Positions 1 to 10,496 of a DNA stretch of 64,000 nucleotides are shown in pieces. The stretch spans positions 1-64,000 of the forward strand of contig OZ219866.1 of NCBI GenBank assembly GCA_964291675.2, read 5' to 3'. The position numbers and the translations under genes were made by a program. Each line of letters starts with the position of its first letter. The stretch's first letter is position 1. The notes beneath the pieces were generated by a model. The model was not told where the DNA came from, did no database searches, and worked only from the letters and a program-made list of their open reading frames with translations. The stretch is from Alphaproteobacteria bacterium. GTDB taxonomy: Bacteria > Pseudomonadota > Alphaproteobacteria > MPNO01.

Positions 1-1
1 C

Positions 2-544
2 GTGGAGGGCCTGAGCCACAGGGAAGTGGGACGGCGGCTCGGTATCGACCGTCGGACGGTGAAGAAGATGCTGAGCTATTCGGCGCCCCCGGGGTATCGG
101 CGGACGAGGCCGGTCAGGCGGCCGAAGCTGGAGGGCTTCACCGGCATCATCGACGCGATCCTTGAGGCAGACAGGGCCCCGGAGGTTCCGCGCAAGCAGC
201 GGCACACGGCGCATCGGATCTTCGAGCGTCTGCGGGACGAGCACGGGTTCACGGGCAGCTACACGATCGTGAAGGACTATGTGCGGGCCCGTCGGCAGTC
301 TGTGCGCGAGGCCTTTGTTCCGCTGCATCACCCGCCGGGCCATGCCCAGGTCGACTTCGGCGAGGCAGTGGTCGAGATCGGGGGCCTTCGCGCGACGGTC
401 TCCTTCTTCTGCCTGATCCTGCCGCACTCCGACGTCTGGTTCGTGAAGGCCTATCCGAAGGAGACGACCGAGGCGTTCCTGGACGGCCATGTCAGCGCCT
501 TCGCTTTCCTCGGCGGGTGCCGCGCTCGATCCTCTATAACAATC
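2..544 (+). pseudogene. istA: IS21-family transposase IstA, N-terminal fragment (frameshifted and interrupted)
   Basis: HTH start REVGRRLGIDRRTVKK, PRKQRHTAHRIFERL and AQVDFGEA motifs; similarity is lost at about 520-544, near the GGVPxxILYDN motif. Confidence 0.85.
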
Positions 545-704
545 TATGGATGCCTCCCGCTGCAAGGTAGATTTGCTGGTGTCGGCGGCATGGGATGCGC
601 GAATCTATTCGGCCTGTTGCTGGAGCGATCGCGCTCCTGGCCTTGATGGGAATCCGCCACTTCTGGCGTCATAACACGATCGGCCTTGAGGGCCTTGTCA
701 TAGA
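545..704 (-). mobile_element. Probable IS110/IS1111-family right-end non-coding region
   Basis: The minus strand ends CTTGCAGCGGGAGGCATCCATA and contains GCGGATTCCCATCAAGGCCAG and CAGGCCGAATAGAT, resembling IS1111 3' ends as I recall them; no transposase present. Confidence 0.5.
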
Positions 705-888
705 TCAGGCTTGAAGCTGGCGGAGGGTCTTGTATTGCCGCGGAAGCCGGGTAACACCGGTGGAGGGAAGGAGCCTTGGTTCGAGAGCGATGCGGAAAGG
801 GGGAAGGCATGGCCACTGGCGAGAGCCCACGAGGTCCAGAGAGGGTTCGGAAACTCCAGACCGTATTGCATCCGAAAGCCAAGGGCTA
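705..888 (+). mobile_element. Group II intron relic (RNA domain II/III-like sequence plus first codons of the RT/maturase)
   Basis: GGAAGCCGGGTAACACCGGTGGAGGGAAGGAGCCTTGGTTC resembles group II intron ribozyme sequence, followed by ..PERVRKLQTVLHPKAK, like a maturase N-terminus; the RT core is absent. Confidence 0.6.
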
Positions 889-1034
889 CGCTTCATATTG
901 CACCTCATGTGTCGGTTGGCACACGATGTTGGGGTTGAGCGCTCAATGCTCGCTTTTGTCCCTGCTGCTTGGTCGGCGGATCATTGGGCAGTTCGTAGAG
1001 ATAGCAGCGCCTGTCGTTGTAGACGTGTCCGCTC

Positions 1035-1464
1035 AAGGTGGAGTCGCTGTTCAGGGCGGCCACCTTCGACACCCGCCCGATCTTCCATTCCTGCGATGCC
1101 GCGATCCGCGGCCACGTCTTCTGTTCGTTGCTGGCGCTCATCCTTGCAAAGGAGCTCCAGGACCGCTGTGCCAAGGCGGGCTTCCAGCCCGAATGGGACA
1201 GGCTGGTGCGCGACCTCGACCGGCTCCAGAGCGGCGTCATCGAGAAGGACAACAAGTGCATCACCGTGCGAACGGCGATCACGGACGACGTTGGGCCGGT
1301 CTTCCGCGCCGCAGGCGTTGCCCTGCGGCCCAATATCGCCGAAACCCCCACGAGCTGATATCGCCACAAGGCGCCGCTCCCGGCCTGTGGTGCCAAGGAC
1401 CACAGGCGCGCCAATAACCGTCTGTAATCACAGGTGCTTTCTGAAACCACTGTTCAAGTTGGGT
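1035..1464 (+). pseudogene. IS1634-family transposase C-terminal fragment with probable right end
   Basis: ORF 1038-1358 carries TRPIFH..AIRGHVFCSLLALIL..EWDRLVRDLDRLQ..VFRAAGVAL; an end-like CTGTTCAAGTTGGG lies at about 1450-1464. Confidence 0.75.
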
Positions 1465-1479
1465 CAACCCGTTCACCGT

Positions 1480-1917
1480 TCACTGATAGACGGCATACTC
1501 GTAGTCGCATTTTACCTCGTAACGCGAACTCTTTTGTGAATGCCCCTTTACGGTAACGGCCATCACATAATGGATCTCGACACCGGGAAAATATAGGGGG
1601 GATGGGCAATGGTCTTTGCGATATATTCGCCACGTACTCCCGAAATTCCTAAACAACAAGGTCTTGCGATTGATCCTGATGTACTCTGACCCTACTCTTT
1701 CTATCGCGTTGCCGCATGTCTTTTCCTGCAAGGCGGCCATGTTGGTTGTCCATTTGTCATAGTAACCGCCTCCATAACACCTCGCCGAAACATAGAACCC
1801 CGTCCCGTCCATCCAGAGTTGTATAGCGCCGGTGTTCGCGTTCGCCGTGCCGGCCAACCCAAGAGCTGAACACAAGAGCGCGCTCACGATGATCGTCTTG
1901 ATTCCCGTGATGGTCAT
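1480..1917 (-). CDS. Secreted hypothetical protein, 145 aa
   Basis: Strong RBS (AAGGAGGAG), signal peptide ending ANA, four Cys in the mature part. Confidence 0.7.
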   Translation of the reverse strand: MTITGIKTIIVSALLCSALGLAGTANANTGAIQLWMDGTGFYVSARCYGGGYYDKWTTNMAALQEKTCGNAIERVGSEYIRINRKTLLFRNFGSTWRIYRKDHCPSPLYFPGVEIHYVMAVTVKGHSQKSSRYEVKCDYEYAVYQ

Positions 1918-2404
1918 GTGACTCCTCCTTCGCTGGATTGAAGCCGCAGCCGGTGGGCGTCCGATTCGCTGGCGTGGTCCTGCAGCTCGATCACCTGCCG
2001 GTCCGTCTTCATCCCGTCCTGTCCGCCGAGCATCCCTGAACTTCTCCGCCGCATGGCTTCAACCTGTTCATGCCGGACCATTCTGGACGTGGTTACGCGA
2101 GCATATGGGCGCCAATACCGCTTTCCTCTCCTACCGATAGGCTGACCTTATGCCCGCTCTTGCGGCCGGGCCCTCCCAACGCATCCGACTCCAGCTGGTG
2201 GTTTCCAACGATTTCTTCAGCCTCTCCAAGCGGGCAGCGGACATAGCTGGGCGGCCGGCGCACAAGGCGGATGAGATTGGTTGGTCGAAGTCTCGGAACC
2301 GTTGCGCAGGCGGCCTGCATGACAAAGACGTTGACAGCGGAACCCGACAACGTTGAGACGATGGCATCCGTGGACCGGTTCGGCCCGGTCGAGAGCAAGA
2401 CATG

Positions 2405-2700
2405 TGTCAATCGGCTTTGAAGACTGCCCCTATCTGGAGTGGCACGGCGGAGGTTGTCCCGGTAGTCAATAGGGGGGACCCGCGCGGCTTCGTGTAGCGT
2501 CCCCAGCTCACGCGAAGCGAAGCCGCGTGGGGGGTCCCTGTTGACCCACCGGGGCAACCGGGCCGCAGGGGAGGCCGCGCCGGGTCCGGATCGGTTCTTG
2601 AAGCGCCAGCTCTCGTTGCCGGTCTCGATGATCTCGCAATGGTGGGTGAGACGATCGAGCAGGGCGGTGGTCATCTTGGGATCGCCGAAGACGGAGGCAT
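2405..2700 (-). mobile_element. IS21 right-end remnant with IstB C-terminus
   Basis: [36 protein letters not shown] is nearly identical to the end of IstB at 8914-9642; terminal TGTCAATCGGCTTTGAAG at 2405. Confidence 0.85.
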
Positions 2701-3199
2701 CCTCCTTCACCGCGACTTCGGCCGCTTGCAGAAGCAATCCGGCCAGTGCGCCCACGACCGCGTCCCGTTCCTCCCACTGCAGGTCGTGCAGCGTCGTTGC
2801 GTCCAGCGCCATGCTGAGCTGTCGGGGCTCGCCCGGCGGCCCGGCTGGTACAGGCAAAGACTTCATCGAGCTCCTCCCTGCTAACGGTTCCGTCATCGGA
2901 GGAGCTTTGTCCAAAACCTTGGCCGACGAGAAGCTCGTGAAGCGCGGCTAAGGCGGCCATAGATGCACACGGCGCACCGATCTCCATGCTGGCGCACGAC
3001 GCAGGATCGAGCATCCAGGCAGCTATCTTGATGATCAGCCCGGGCTGTGCCTCTACCGAGGCAGCGGGGCCGTCGGCACGCTGTTCAATACCTTCAAGGC
3101 GTACTCGCCGACCAAACAGTGCATGCCAACGATAGTGAATGACGCAATCCTGCCCGAGATGGGCGGAATGAACGCGCGCTCTGTCTCGGGCGCAAATCC

Positions 3200-3428
3200 T
3201 GGTTGTTCGCGGGCTCCGATCGCGGCGGCGAGCGGGCGGCAGTGATGTATACGCTCATCGGAACCGCCAAGCTCAACGACGCCGACCCCCAGGCCTGGCT
3301 CGCCGACGTCCTTGCCCGCATCGCCGACATGCCGCAGACCCGGCTGCACGAACTCCTCCCCTGGCACTGGAAGGCCGACCGGCAACAGGCCTTGGCCGCA
3401 TAGTCCGAATCCTTCACCGAAGGCTTAC
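3200..3428 (+). pseudogene. IS66-family transposase TnpC C-terminal fragment and end
   Basis: WLFAGSDRGGERAAVMYTLIGTAKLN..DPQAWLADVL..LHELLPW; ends at GGCTTAC (IS66 GTAA terminus). Confidence 0.85.
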
Positions 3429-3501
3429 CCATCGCAGAGCCATGGATCATTCGTAAGCCTTCGGCGTAGGGCCGAGAGAACGACGTCGGCTTCGTCGTGG
3501 A

Positions 3502-3990
3502 TCAGGCGCTCGGCGGCCTCGCAAGGATCAGGTGGAACCGGAGCGTTTCGCAGTATTGCCCCGAATGATCGTGGGCGAGCAGCGACGCCATAAGGTCTGC
3601 CTCGAACGGGTCCCGGTTCCCCGCGAGGACCCCGGGCGAAGCGAAGGAGGTCGAATACAGATACCCGAGTAGCGTCCTCAACGACCATTCATGGTCGACT
3701 TCGAACATCGTCTCATCGACTGCATAGCCGAGCCGCTCCAACGCTGCCTGACGCGGTTCGCTCGGGGTCTGGAACAACCCGGTTCCCGCTCGGCGGTCCT
3801 CACCGCACCAATGCCGGATAACATCGCGGACGATACCGTGCCACGGCTCTTTCCCGTGCCACAGGCTCGTGCTGCCGAGAATGACCAACATTCCCCCGGG
3901 GACCAGAAGGTCCCGAGCGACTATGCTCCCTACCAGGTGCCGATCCATCCAGTGAAAGCTCGCCCCGGCGGTGACGAGATCGAAGACTCC
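3502..3990 (-). pseudogene. Class I SAM-dependent methyltransferase, 5'-truncated
   Basis: FDLVTAGASFHWMD..LVPGG..YLYSTS motifs present; the glycine-rich motif I is missing. Confidence 0.65.
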
Positions 3991-4851
3991 GCGCGTTGCA
4001 GGCATCTGCTGACGGGTAAGGGTTCGATCACGCCGATATAGTGCCGCGCGAGCAGCGGCAGACCGGCGTGCTGTCGAAACGTGGCCGGTCCCCCGCCCTG
4101 CCTCCACCACCGCCACCCTCGAAGAAACCGTCGGCACTTACAGAGCCTGGCAGAATTCTGGTCTTGGCAATCACGCCGTTGAGATCAGCGCCAATCGTGA
4201 TTCGGTCGCCACTGAGACCTTGCGGGCCCGTACGCGAGGCATGTGAGATGCGGGGTTCGATCAAGAGCACTTGCGCAGCTTCATGAGGAGGATGCGGCAG
4301 TTCGTCAGCTCGCTGTTGCTACGGCAACGGCGCATGGCCACCGCGTCCCCCTCCTCGAGCGTATCTGCTCCGCCGTGGCCGTGAAGATTCATTTCCGAGC
4401 CCCCACCGGAGACCTCGTAGCGCCTCCACTCTCCTGCGGAGATCGAGAAGTACTGCCCGCGGAGAGCTCCTATGGGGGAGCAGTTCCAGCGGTCGGCTCT
4501 CTGCACTGCAAAGAAATCGAGCTCCAAGGCGCCGACCAAGTGCGGCGGAATGGTCCCCGGGAGGCGCGCCGCGTACGCGGATGCGCTGGTTTAATCCCCC
4601 CCAATGCCGGTGCCAGAGTTCGCCAAAGCCGGGATAACCGCACCATCGACTAATGAGCTCGTGCTCAGGTGAGGGAAGTGGCACCGGGGTTTCGCCCGCA
4701 GGTCGCGCTGCGTTTGAGGCGCGGTGCTCGCGACGCGGCGAAGCATGTGAGCCCCAACCTTGCGAATCTCGGTCGATATCCCCTGTTAAACTACGAAACG
4801 TCCCGATATCACCACATACATAACACACAATACCTGACACAATAATGCCCC

Positions 4852-5050
4852 TTGGTACGCGCACCACGCGGCGGGGACATAGCGATTTGTCTTCCCGAAC
4901 GGGTCAGGCGGGTTACTGGACTGGAGCGCCGGGATTGCAGCGCTGCCGGTCCGTGGAGCCTGCCCGGGTGTCGCCGCGGAGAGTTGGGAGGCATGGACGA
5001 CGATGCGGTCGACGGTTTGAGAATGATCTGCGGATCCGGCTGTTATCCGC
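4852..5050 (+). promoter_or_regulatory. Copy 1 of a ~200-bp leader homologous to the region upstream of the adhesin (13951-14150)
   Basis: Shared TTGGTACGCGCACCACGCGGCGG and GAGTTG.GAGG..ATGGACGA.GA.GC..TCGACGGTT blocks. Confidence 0.6.
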
Positions 5051-5712
5051 AGTTAATGACCGGGAGCCGGGGACGCGGCGGTGGGGCTGTCGGGCAAGCT
5101 CGACAGCTGCCGGGGGGAATTCGGGAGGTGCGTCGAGGCAGACCGGCGCAGGCAGCGGTGCCGGAAGGCGGCGGCGCTGGCCGTCTCCGTGGCGGCCGCC
5201 CTGGTGCTCGGCGTGGTCGTGGAAGAGCAGTTCCAGGTGATCTCGCTGCACGATCCGAGCGGGGGCTGGAGCGGATGGATCTGGGAGACCCAGGGCCTCG
5301 TCATCGTGGACCGTGCCGTCGAGGGGATGCGGACGGACACCGAGGTGGACTGGCCGCTGGCGCTGAGCAGGCCGTAGCTTCGATATGTCCACGCAGGATA
5401 CCAGGATCGTGCGCGTGCCAGAACAGGTCGGACGTGTATTCCGGGCCACGTCCCTGGGCCGTCGTCGCCTTGCCGTCACCAACGAGCGGAGGTGATGATG
5501 AAGCTCATGCTCCTCATCTTATCCGCAGGCTACGGCAAAGTGCGTGCAAGATTAGTGATCGTGTACGCCGTCTAGGTATCTCAACTTATCTGCATCCAAA
5601 TGTTGCTGAATTCACCCAATATCATTTGGAGGAATGGGCCTATTCTTCATAGGGTTTCCTCTAGATGATACCTTGACCGGGCCTTAGCAGGAGGCCGCTA
5701 AGGAGGCTGACT

Positions 5713-6675
5713 ATGTTCAAGATAAGTGTCCTTGTCGTTGCCGGTCTTTTCATCGTGGCAGGCTGCCATAGCAGCGATCCTGAAGATGACACGGAAATCA
5801 CCTTCGAGCGTAACTCGCAGTTCTCTACGCAATACTTGCGGGTGTTCCACGATCTGAAAGATGGCACCCCTGTGTCCGTGAACACGCTGGATGACGCAAT
5901 CTCGACTGCACAGGCTGAGACCGTTATCCCTGGCCATCGAGGTCAGGAGTGGATGTTCCTCAAAGAGGAAGACCACGGCACGTCCAGAGTTCATGCTGTG
6001 GCAAGTTGGAATCCCGATGATCCGGGAGATTACCTGATGTTCGGGTGGTGGGCCTACTATCCGGGTCAACATCCGCCGGATTTGGACCCCTACGATAGAC
6101 AGGGGACTGTGATAATCGATAGTCCTGAGTTCGATCATGCACACCCACCTGTGATGCCCACCGTTGGGACCGCCTCTTACCGAGGTCCGGTCTTCGGAAC
6201 CTACAGTTACGAACCCACGGACAGACCCGCAGACGTATCTTCAGAGCTCGAGTCTTTCTACGTTAGGGACGGATGGGAAGGGCAAGTAACCCTGACCGCG
6301 AACTTTGGAGAGGGTACGGTGAGTGGGTGCATCGGTTGTGACGGCGACCTGGTTCATCGGGATGCTTTGGTCCGCATTCATCACCCCGATATTGAGTTCG
6401 ATCCTATTGACTACGAAATCCATCTGCTGGAGCACCCTTTCAATCCGGAAGACGGCACAATCGACGGGGGAGTATCCGAAGTCCGGCACCCCCACCTGGC
6501 AGTCACCGATTCGGACGGTGGTTGGGGTGGCTTTTTTTCAAACAGGCCGGATGGAGAAGGCAACCCACGTATGTTGGGAGGGTTCGGTTGGAACAGTTTT
6601 GAGATCGACGGAGGTGAGGCGTTGCTGGTAGGAGCCTTCATCGGGCTTAGCGAGGACTTTGCTTCGGGTCAGTAG
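5713..6675 (+). CDS. Lipoprotein, transferrin-binding-protein (TbpB)-like beta-barrel
   Basis: AAGGAGG RBS, lipobox VAG-C, DYLMFGWW, MPTVGTASYRG, VTLTANFGEGTVSG, WGGFFS, LVGAF motifs. Confidence 0.7.
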   Translation: MFKISVLVVAGLFIVAGCHSSDPEDDTEITFERNSQFSTQYLRVFHDLKDGTPVSVNTLDDAISTAQAETVIPGHRGQEWMFLKEEDHGTSRVHAVASWNPDDPGDYLMFGWWAYYPGQHPPDLDPYDRQGTVIIDSPEFDHAHPPVMPTVGTASYRGPVFGTYSYEPTDRPADVSSELESFYVRDGWEGQVTLTANFGEGTVSGCIGCDGDLVHRDALVRIHHPDIEFDPIDYEIHLLEHPFNPEDGTIDGGVSEVRHPHLAVTDSDGGWGGFFSNRPDGEGNPRMLGGFGWNSFEIDGGEALLVGAFIGLSEDFASGQ

Positions 6676-6765
6676 TGCGGCAAGTTGCGCAGTGGCTTCA
6701 GGTATCCCGCTGTTGACGGCGGCAAACGCTCCGTCAAGAGGCCCTGCGGCTTCTGCCTGATCGCC

Positions 6766-7182
6766 TCACCTCACCCCAGGCGAAGGCGTCGGGCTTACCG
6801 CGATGGAATGGCGCATGAGCGCGACCTCGCCGGCCGACTTGATCTCGCGGGCCTCCTCCATCACCGCGAAGCCGTCGACGATCCGGTAGCCCAGGCGCTG
6901 CATCTCAAGGACGCCGACCGGCGCAACCCGGTCGATGGCGATGCGCCGGTTGCCGCCGTTGTTCTCCCGGATGACCCCATCCAGGTCCGCGGCCCACGCC
7001 CTCGCCTTCTCCTCCTGGCGCTCTCCGACCAGGAAGTACAGGAAAGGGATGCTCGGCCGGATCTCGTCGACCGTGGGCAGCCCTTCGCCGAACAGGCCGT
7101 CGCCTCCCAGCTCGAACAGGCGAACCGGCCCCTCGGTGGGCACGTAGACGTACCGCACCTCGTTGTGGGTGCTCCAGTGCAA
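6766..7182 (-). pseudogene. M24 (Xaa-Pro peptidase/DddP-like) internal fragment
   Basis: NRRIAIDR..VDGFAVMEEAREIKSAGEVALMRHSIAV; truncated at both ends, with an IS21-end remnant upstream. Confidence 0.6.
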
Positions 7183-7232
7183 AATCCGACCTCATTTGAC
7201 CGCAATAGGGGGTCAATTTTCCACGCTCTTGA
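7178..7232 (-). mobile_element. Orphan IS21 terminal-repeat remnant
   Basis: AATAGGGGGTCAATTTTCCACGCT is the reverse complement of the IS21 left end at 7300. Confidence 0.7.
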
Positions 7233-7412
7233 GTAACAGATGCCTAAGCAGTTGACGGCATTTGGTTTTGCGTTTTGTGGTTTTGCGGTGCCGGGATGTT
7301 GTTAAGCGTGGAAAATTGACCCCCTATTGGGGGTGATCGGCGTCCAAAATTGACCCCCCTTTGAATGTGTCCATGAACGTGCCCCGTCGTTGGACGGACG
7401 GGGTGGGGGGAG

Positions 7413-8927
7413 ATGCTTGTTGTGGAGACGATTGCGCGGATCCGTCGGGATCATCTGGTGAAGGGCGTTCCGATCAAGAAGCTCGCCCGTGATTTGAGGG
7501 TTTCGAAGAACACGATACGCAAGGTGGTGCGGGGCGATGCGACCGCGCACACGTATGAGCGCACGATCCAGCCGATGCCGAAGCTTGGGCCGTGGGTGGA
7601 AGAGCTCGAGCGCCAGCTTGAGGCCAACGAGAGGACGCCGCGCCGGCTGCGTCTGTCTCTGCTGCGGATCTACGAGGACCTTGCGGCCCAGGGTTACGAG
7701 GGCGGCTATGACGCGGTGCGCCGCTACGCGAGAGCCTGGCGTCGCCGGCGGCGTCTGCTGTCGCCGTCGCAGGCCTATGTGCCGCTGAGCTTCGACCCTG
7801 GCGAGGCCTACCAGTTCGACTGGAGCCACGAGTACGCGCGTCTGGCGGGTGCGACGACCCGGGTGAAGGCGGCGCAGATGCGGCTCTGCTACAGCCGGAT
7901 GCAGCTGGTTCAGATCTTCCCGCGCGAGGGCCAGGAGATGGTCTTCGAGGCGCACGAGCGCTCCTTCCGCTTCTTCGGCGGGGTCTGCCGTCGGGGCATC
8001 TATGACAACATGAAGACGGCCGTGACCACGGTCTTCACCGGCAAGAAGCGGGACTACAACCGGCGCTTCCAGGAGATGTGCTCGCACCACCTGGTGGAGC
8101 CTGTGGCATGCACGCCAGGCGCGGGCTGGGAGAAGGGGCAGGTGGAGAGGCAGGTGGGCGACGTCCGCGGCCGCCTGTTCGTACCTATCCCGCGAGGCCG
8201 GTCTTATGCCGAGATCAACGAGTGGCTGATGGATCGCTGCATTGAGGATGCCAAGAAGCGTCCACATCCGACGATCCCGGGCAAGACGGTGTGGCAGGTG
8301 TTCGAGGAGGAGCGGCCCTTCCTGATGGCGTACCGCGGCCCCTTCGACGGCTTCCATGCGACCGAAGCGTCGGTGTCCAAGACCTGCCTGGTGCGCTTCG
8401 ACAACAACCGATACAGCGTGGAGGCCCGCGCGGTCGGGCAGCCGGTGGATGTGCGGGCCTACGCCGATCGGATCGTCATCCGCCAGGATGGCGAGATCGT
8501 TGCCGAGCATCCCCGCAGCTTCGGACGCGGCAAGATCGCCTACGAGCCGTGGCACTACGTACCGATCCTGGAGCGCAAGCCCGGCGCGCTGCGCAACGGC
8601 GCGCCCTTCAAGGACTGGAAGCTGCCCGACGCGCTCGGCCGACTGCGAACCCGGCTCGCGGCCCGCGACGACGGCGACCGGCAGTTCGTCACGGTGCTGA
8701 CGGCGGTGCTGGAGGATGGGCTGGAGGCGGTGGAGGCGGCCTGCGCCGAGGCGCTCGACTGCGGCGCCTGCAGCGCAGACGTGGTGCTCAACGTCCTCGC
8801 CCGACAGCGCCAGCCGGCGCCGCCGGCGGACATCCCGACGCCCGAGGGTCTGCGGCTTCAACATCAGCCAGTAGCCGACTGTCAGCGCTACGACAGCTTG
8901 AGGGAGGCCGGTCATGGAGCGTCATGA
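7413..8927 (+). CDS. istA: IS21 transposase IstA
   Basis: [14 protein letters not shown] and [11 protein letters not shown] motifs. Confidence 0.95.
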   Translation: MLVVETIARIRRDHLVKGVPIKKLARDLRVSKNTIRKVVRGDATAHTYERTIQPMPKLGPWVEELERQLEANERTPRRLRLSLLRIYEDLAAQGYEGGYDAVRRYARAWRRRRRLLSPSQAYVPLSFDPGEAYQFDWSHEYARLAGATTRVKAAQMRLCYSRMQLVQIFPREGQEMVFEAHERSFRFFGGVCRRGIYDNMKTAVTTVFTGKKRDYNRRFQEMCSHHLVEPVACTPGAGWEKGQVERQVGDVRGRLFVPIPRGRSYAEINEWLMDRCIEDAKKRPHPTIPGKTVWQVFEEERPFLMAYRGPFDGFHATEASVSKTCLVRFDNNRYSVEARAVGQPVDVRAYADRIVIRQDGEIVAEHPRSFGRGKIAYEPWHYVPILERKPGALRNGAPFKDWKLPDALGRLRTRLAARDDGDRQFVTVLTAVLEDGLEAVEAACAEALDCGACSADVVLNVLARQRQPAPPADIPTPEGLRLQHQPVADCQRYDSLREAGHGAS

Positions 8928-9642
8928 CGTGCTGGAGATGATGACGACGCTCAAGCTCGCGGGCATGCGTGCCGCCTACGACGACATCCTCGCCGACGGG
9001 CTCAAGCGCCGCCATCCGGTGCAGCAGATCATCGGCGCGCTGCTCCAGGCCGAGATCGCCGACAAGACGGCGCGTTCGATCAAGTACCAGATGAAGAGCG
9101 CCAGGCTGCCGGGGGCCAAGGAGCTGGCCGACTTCGACTTCGCCGCCTCGCCGGTCAACGAGCCTCTGATCCGCGAGCTCGCCACGGGCGGCTTCCTCGA
9201 AGGCCAGCGCAACATCGTGCTCGTCGGCGGCACAGGCACCGGCAAGACCCACCTCGCCACAGCCATCGCCCGGTCCTGCATCCGAAAGGGCGCCCGTGGC
9301 CGTTGCCACAACGCCGTCGACCTGGTCAACCACCTTGAGGCCGAACTCCGCGCCGGACGCCAGGGTCGCACCGCAGAGCAGCTCACCCGCCGCGACTTCG
9401 TCATCCTCGACGAACTCGGCTACCTGCCCTTCGCCCAGGCCGGCGGGCAGCTCCTCTTCCACCTCATGAGCCGGCTCTACGAGCGCACCTCCACCGTCAT
9501 CACCACAAACCTAGCCTTCGGCGAGTGGCCGTCCGTCTTCGGCGATCCCAAGATGACCACCGCCCTGCTCGATCGTCTCACCCACCACTGCGAGATCGTC
9601 GAGACCGGCAACGAGAGCTGGCGCTTCAAGAACCGCTCCTGA
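8914..9642 (+). CDS. istB: IS21 helper ATPase IstB
   Basis: [24 protein letters not shown]. Confidence 0.95.
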   Translation: MERHDVLEMMTTLKLAGMRAAYDDILADGLKRRHPVQQIIGALLQAEIADKTARSIKYQMKSARLPGAKELADFDFAASPVNEPLIRELATGGFLEGQRNIVLVGGTGTGKTHLATAIARSCIRKGARGRCHNAVDLVNHLEAELRAGRQGRTAEQLTRRDFVILDELGYLPFAQAGGQLLFHLMSRLYERTSTVITTNLAFGEWPSVFGDPKMTTALLDRLTHHCEIVETGNESWRFKNRS

Positions 9643-9844
9643 CCCGGCGTCGGCCTCCCCTGCGGCCCGCTTGCCCCGGTGGGCCAACAGGAACCCCCCA
9701 CGCGGCTTCGCTCCGCGTAGCGCAAGACGCTACACGAAGCCGCGCGGGTCCCCCCTATTGGCTACCGGGACAACCTCCGCCGTGCCTCTCAGGGGGGTCA
9801 GTTTTGCACGCCGATAGGGGGTCAATCTTCAATGCCGATTGACA

Positions 9845-10084
9845 GTCGGTGGCGAGCACCAGGGCGTCGGCCCCGTCGAGCGCCTTCGCGATGGCACGGA
9901 GTGTGGGCGCCTTGCCGCGCCGGGTGGCGTAGGCGATGGCGAAGCCGCTCGCGGGGTCGACCGAGCCGTCCTTGGCCGGCAGGTCCCGCACGTGGCCGCC
10001 GGTGGCGATGACGGTGTGGCCGGCGCCGAGGAGCCTGCGGACGGTCCGCGCCTTGGCCGGCGATTCGACGACGACGACGTGCAT
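9845..10084 (-). pseudogene. topA: Type IA topoisomerase N-terminal Toprim fragment, cut by IS21
   Basis: VVVESPAKART..GHVRDLP..LVLATD ends exactly at the IS21 right end. Confidence 0.85.
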
Positions 10085-10496
10085 GGCGCCTGTCCCCCGA
10101 TGCACGCCGCACCCGCGTCGCGTCCGGCCGGACGCACGGGACCCCGCCCGCGAGGCGTTCGGCCCCGCGGCTCCGCCTCTCGGGCGTGCTGGGTCCGATC
10201 AACTAACCGGTTGGGAAGGAATAAGAAAATGCCCGCCGGGCTCGACTCCATGCCGCCGGGGCATGCGGCTACGGAGAGCGCCCGGGCCGCCTGACGACCA
10301 CCGAGGGGCGCATCGGCACATGCCGCGCGGGCGCGGCCGGGGGGACACTCGGCGCTCGGCGGAACGCCCCGCCCGCGCCGCGGTCTCACCGGACGGGGGC
10401 GGGGGGTGGTGAACGGGCCGGCCGGCGTCCCCATATCGACAGGAGCGAGGAAGGAGACGCGCGAGGGAGCCGCCCGATCGACTAAGGAGCGGTGCG

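Larger units (their letters stand above)
7300..9844 (+). mobile_element. Complete IS21-family insertion sequence
   Basis: TG...CA termini (TGTTAAGCGTGGAAAATTGACCCCCT ... GGGGGTCAATCTTCAATGCCGATTGACA) with repeated subterminal motifs, enclosing istA-istB; no target-site duplication seen. Confidence 0.92.

Noticed and set aside
705-888. Active group II intron, retron or DGR
   Set aside because: No RT core (YADD) or intron domain V/VI seen; only a relic
2093-2914. 273-aa protein
   Set aside because: Read-through chimera of a small mobile-element ORF, the IstB tail and IS non-coding sequence
4140-4800. Several overlapping ORFs of 80-180 aa
   Set aside because: No recognisable motifs, RBS or consistent coding frame
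7255-7290. GGTTTTG/GCGTTTTG short repeats
   Set aside because: Short low-complexity tract between IS ends; no function can be supported
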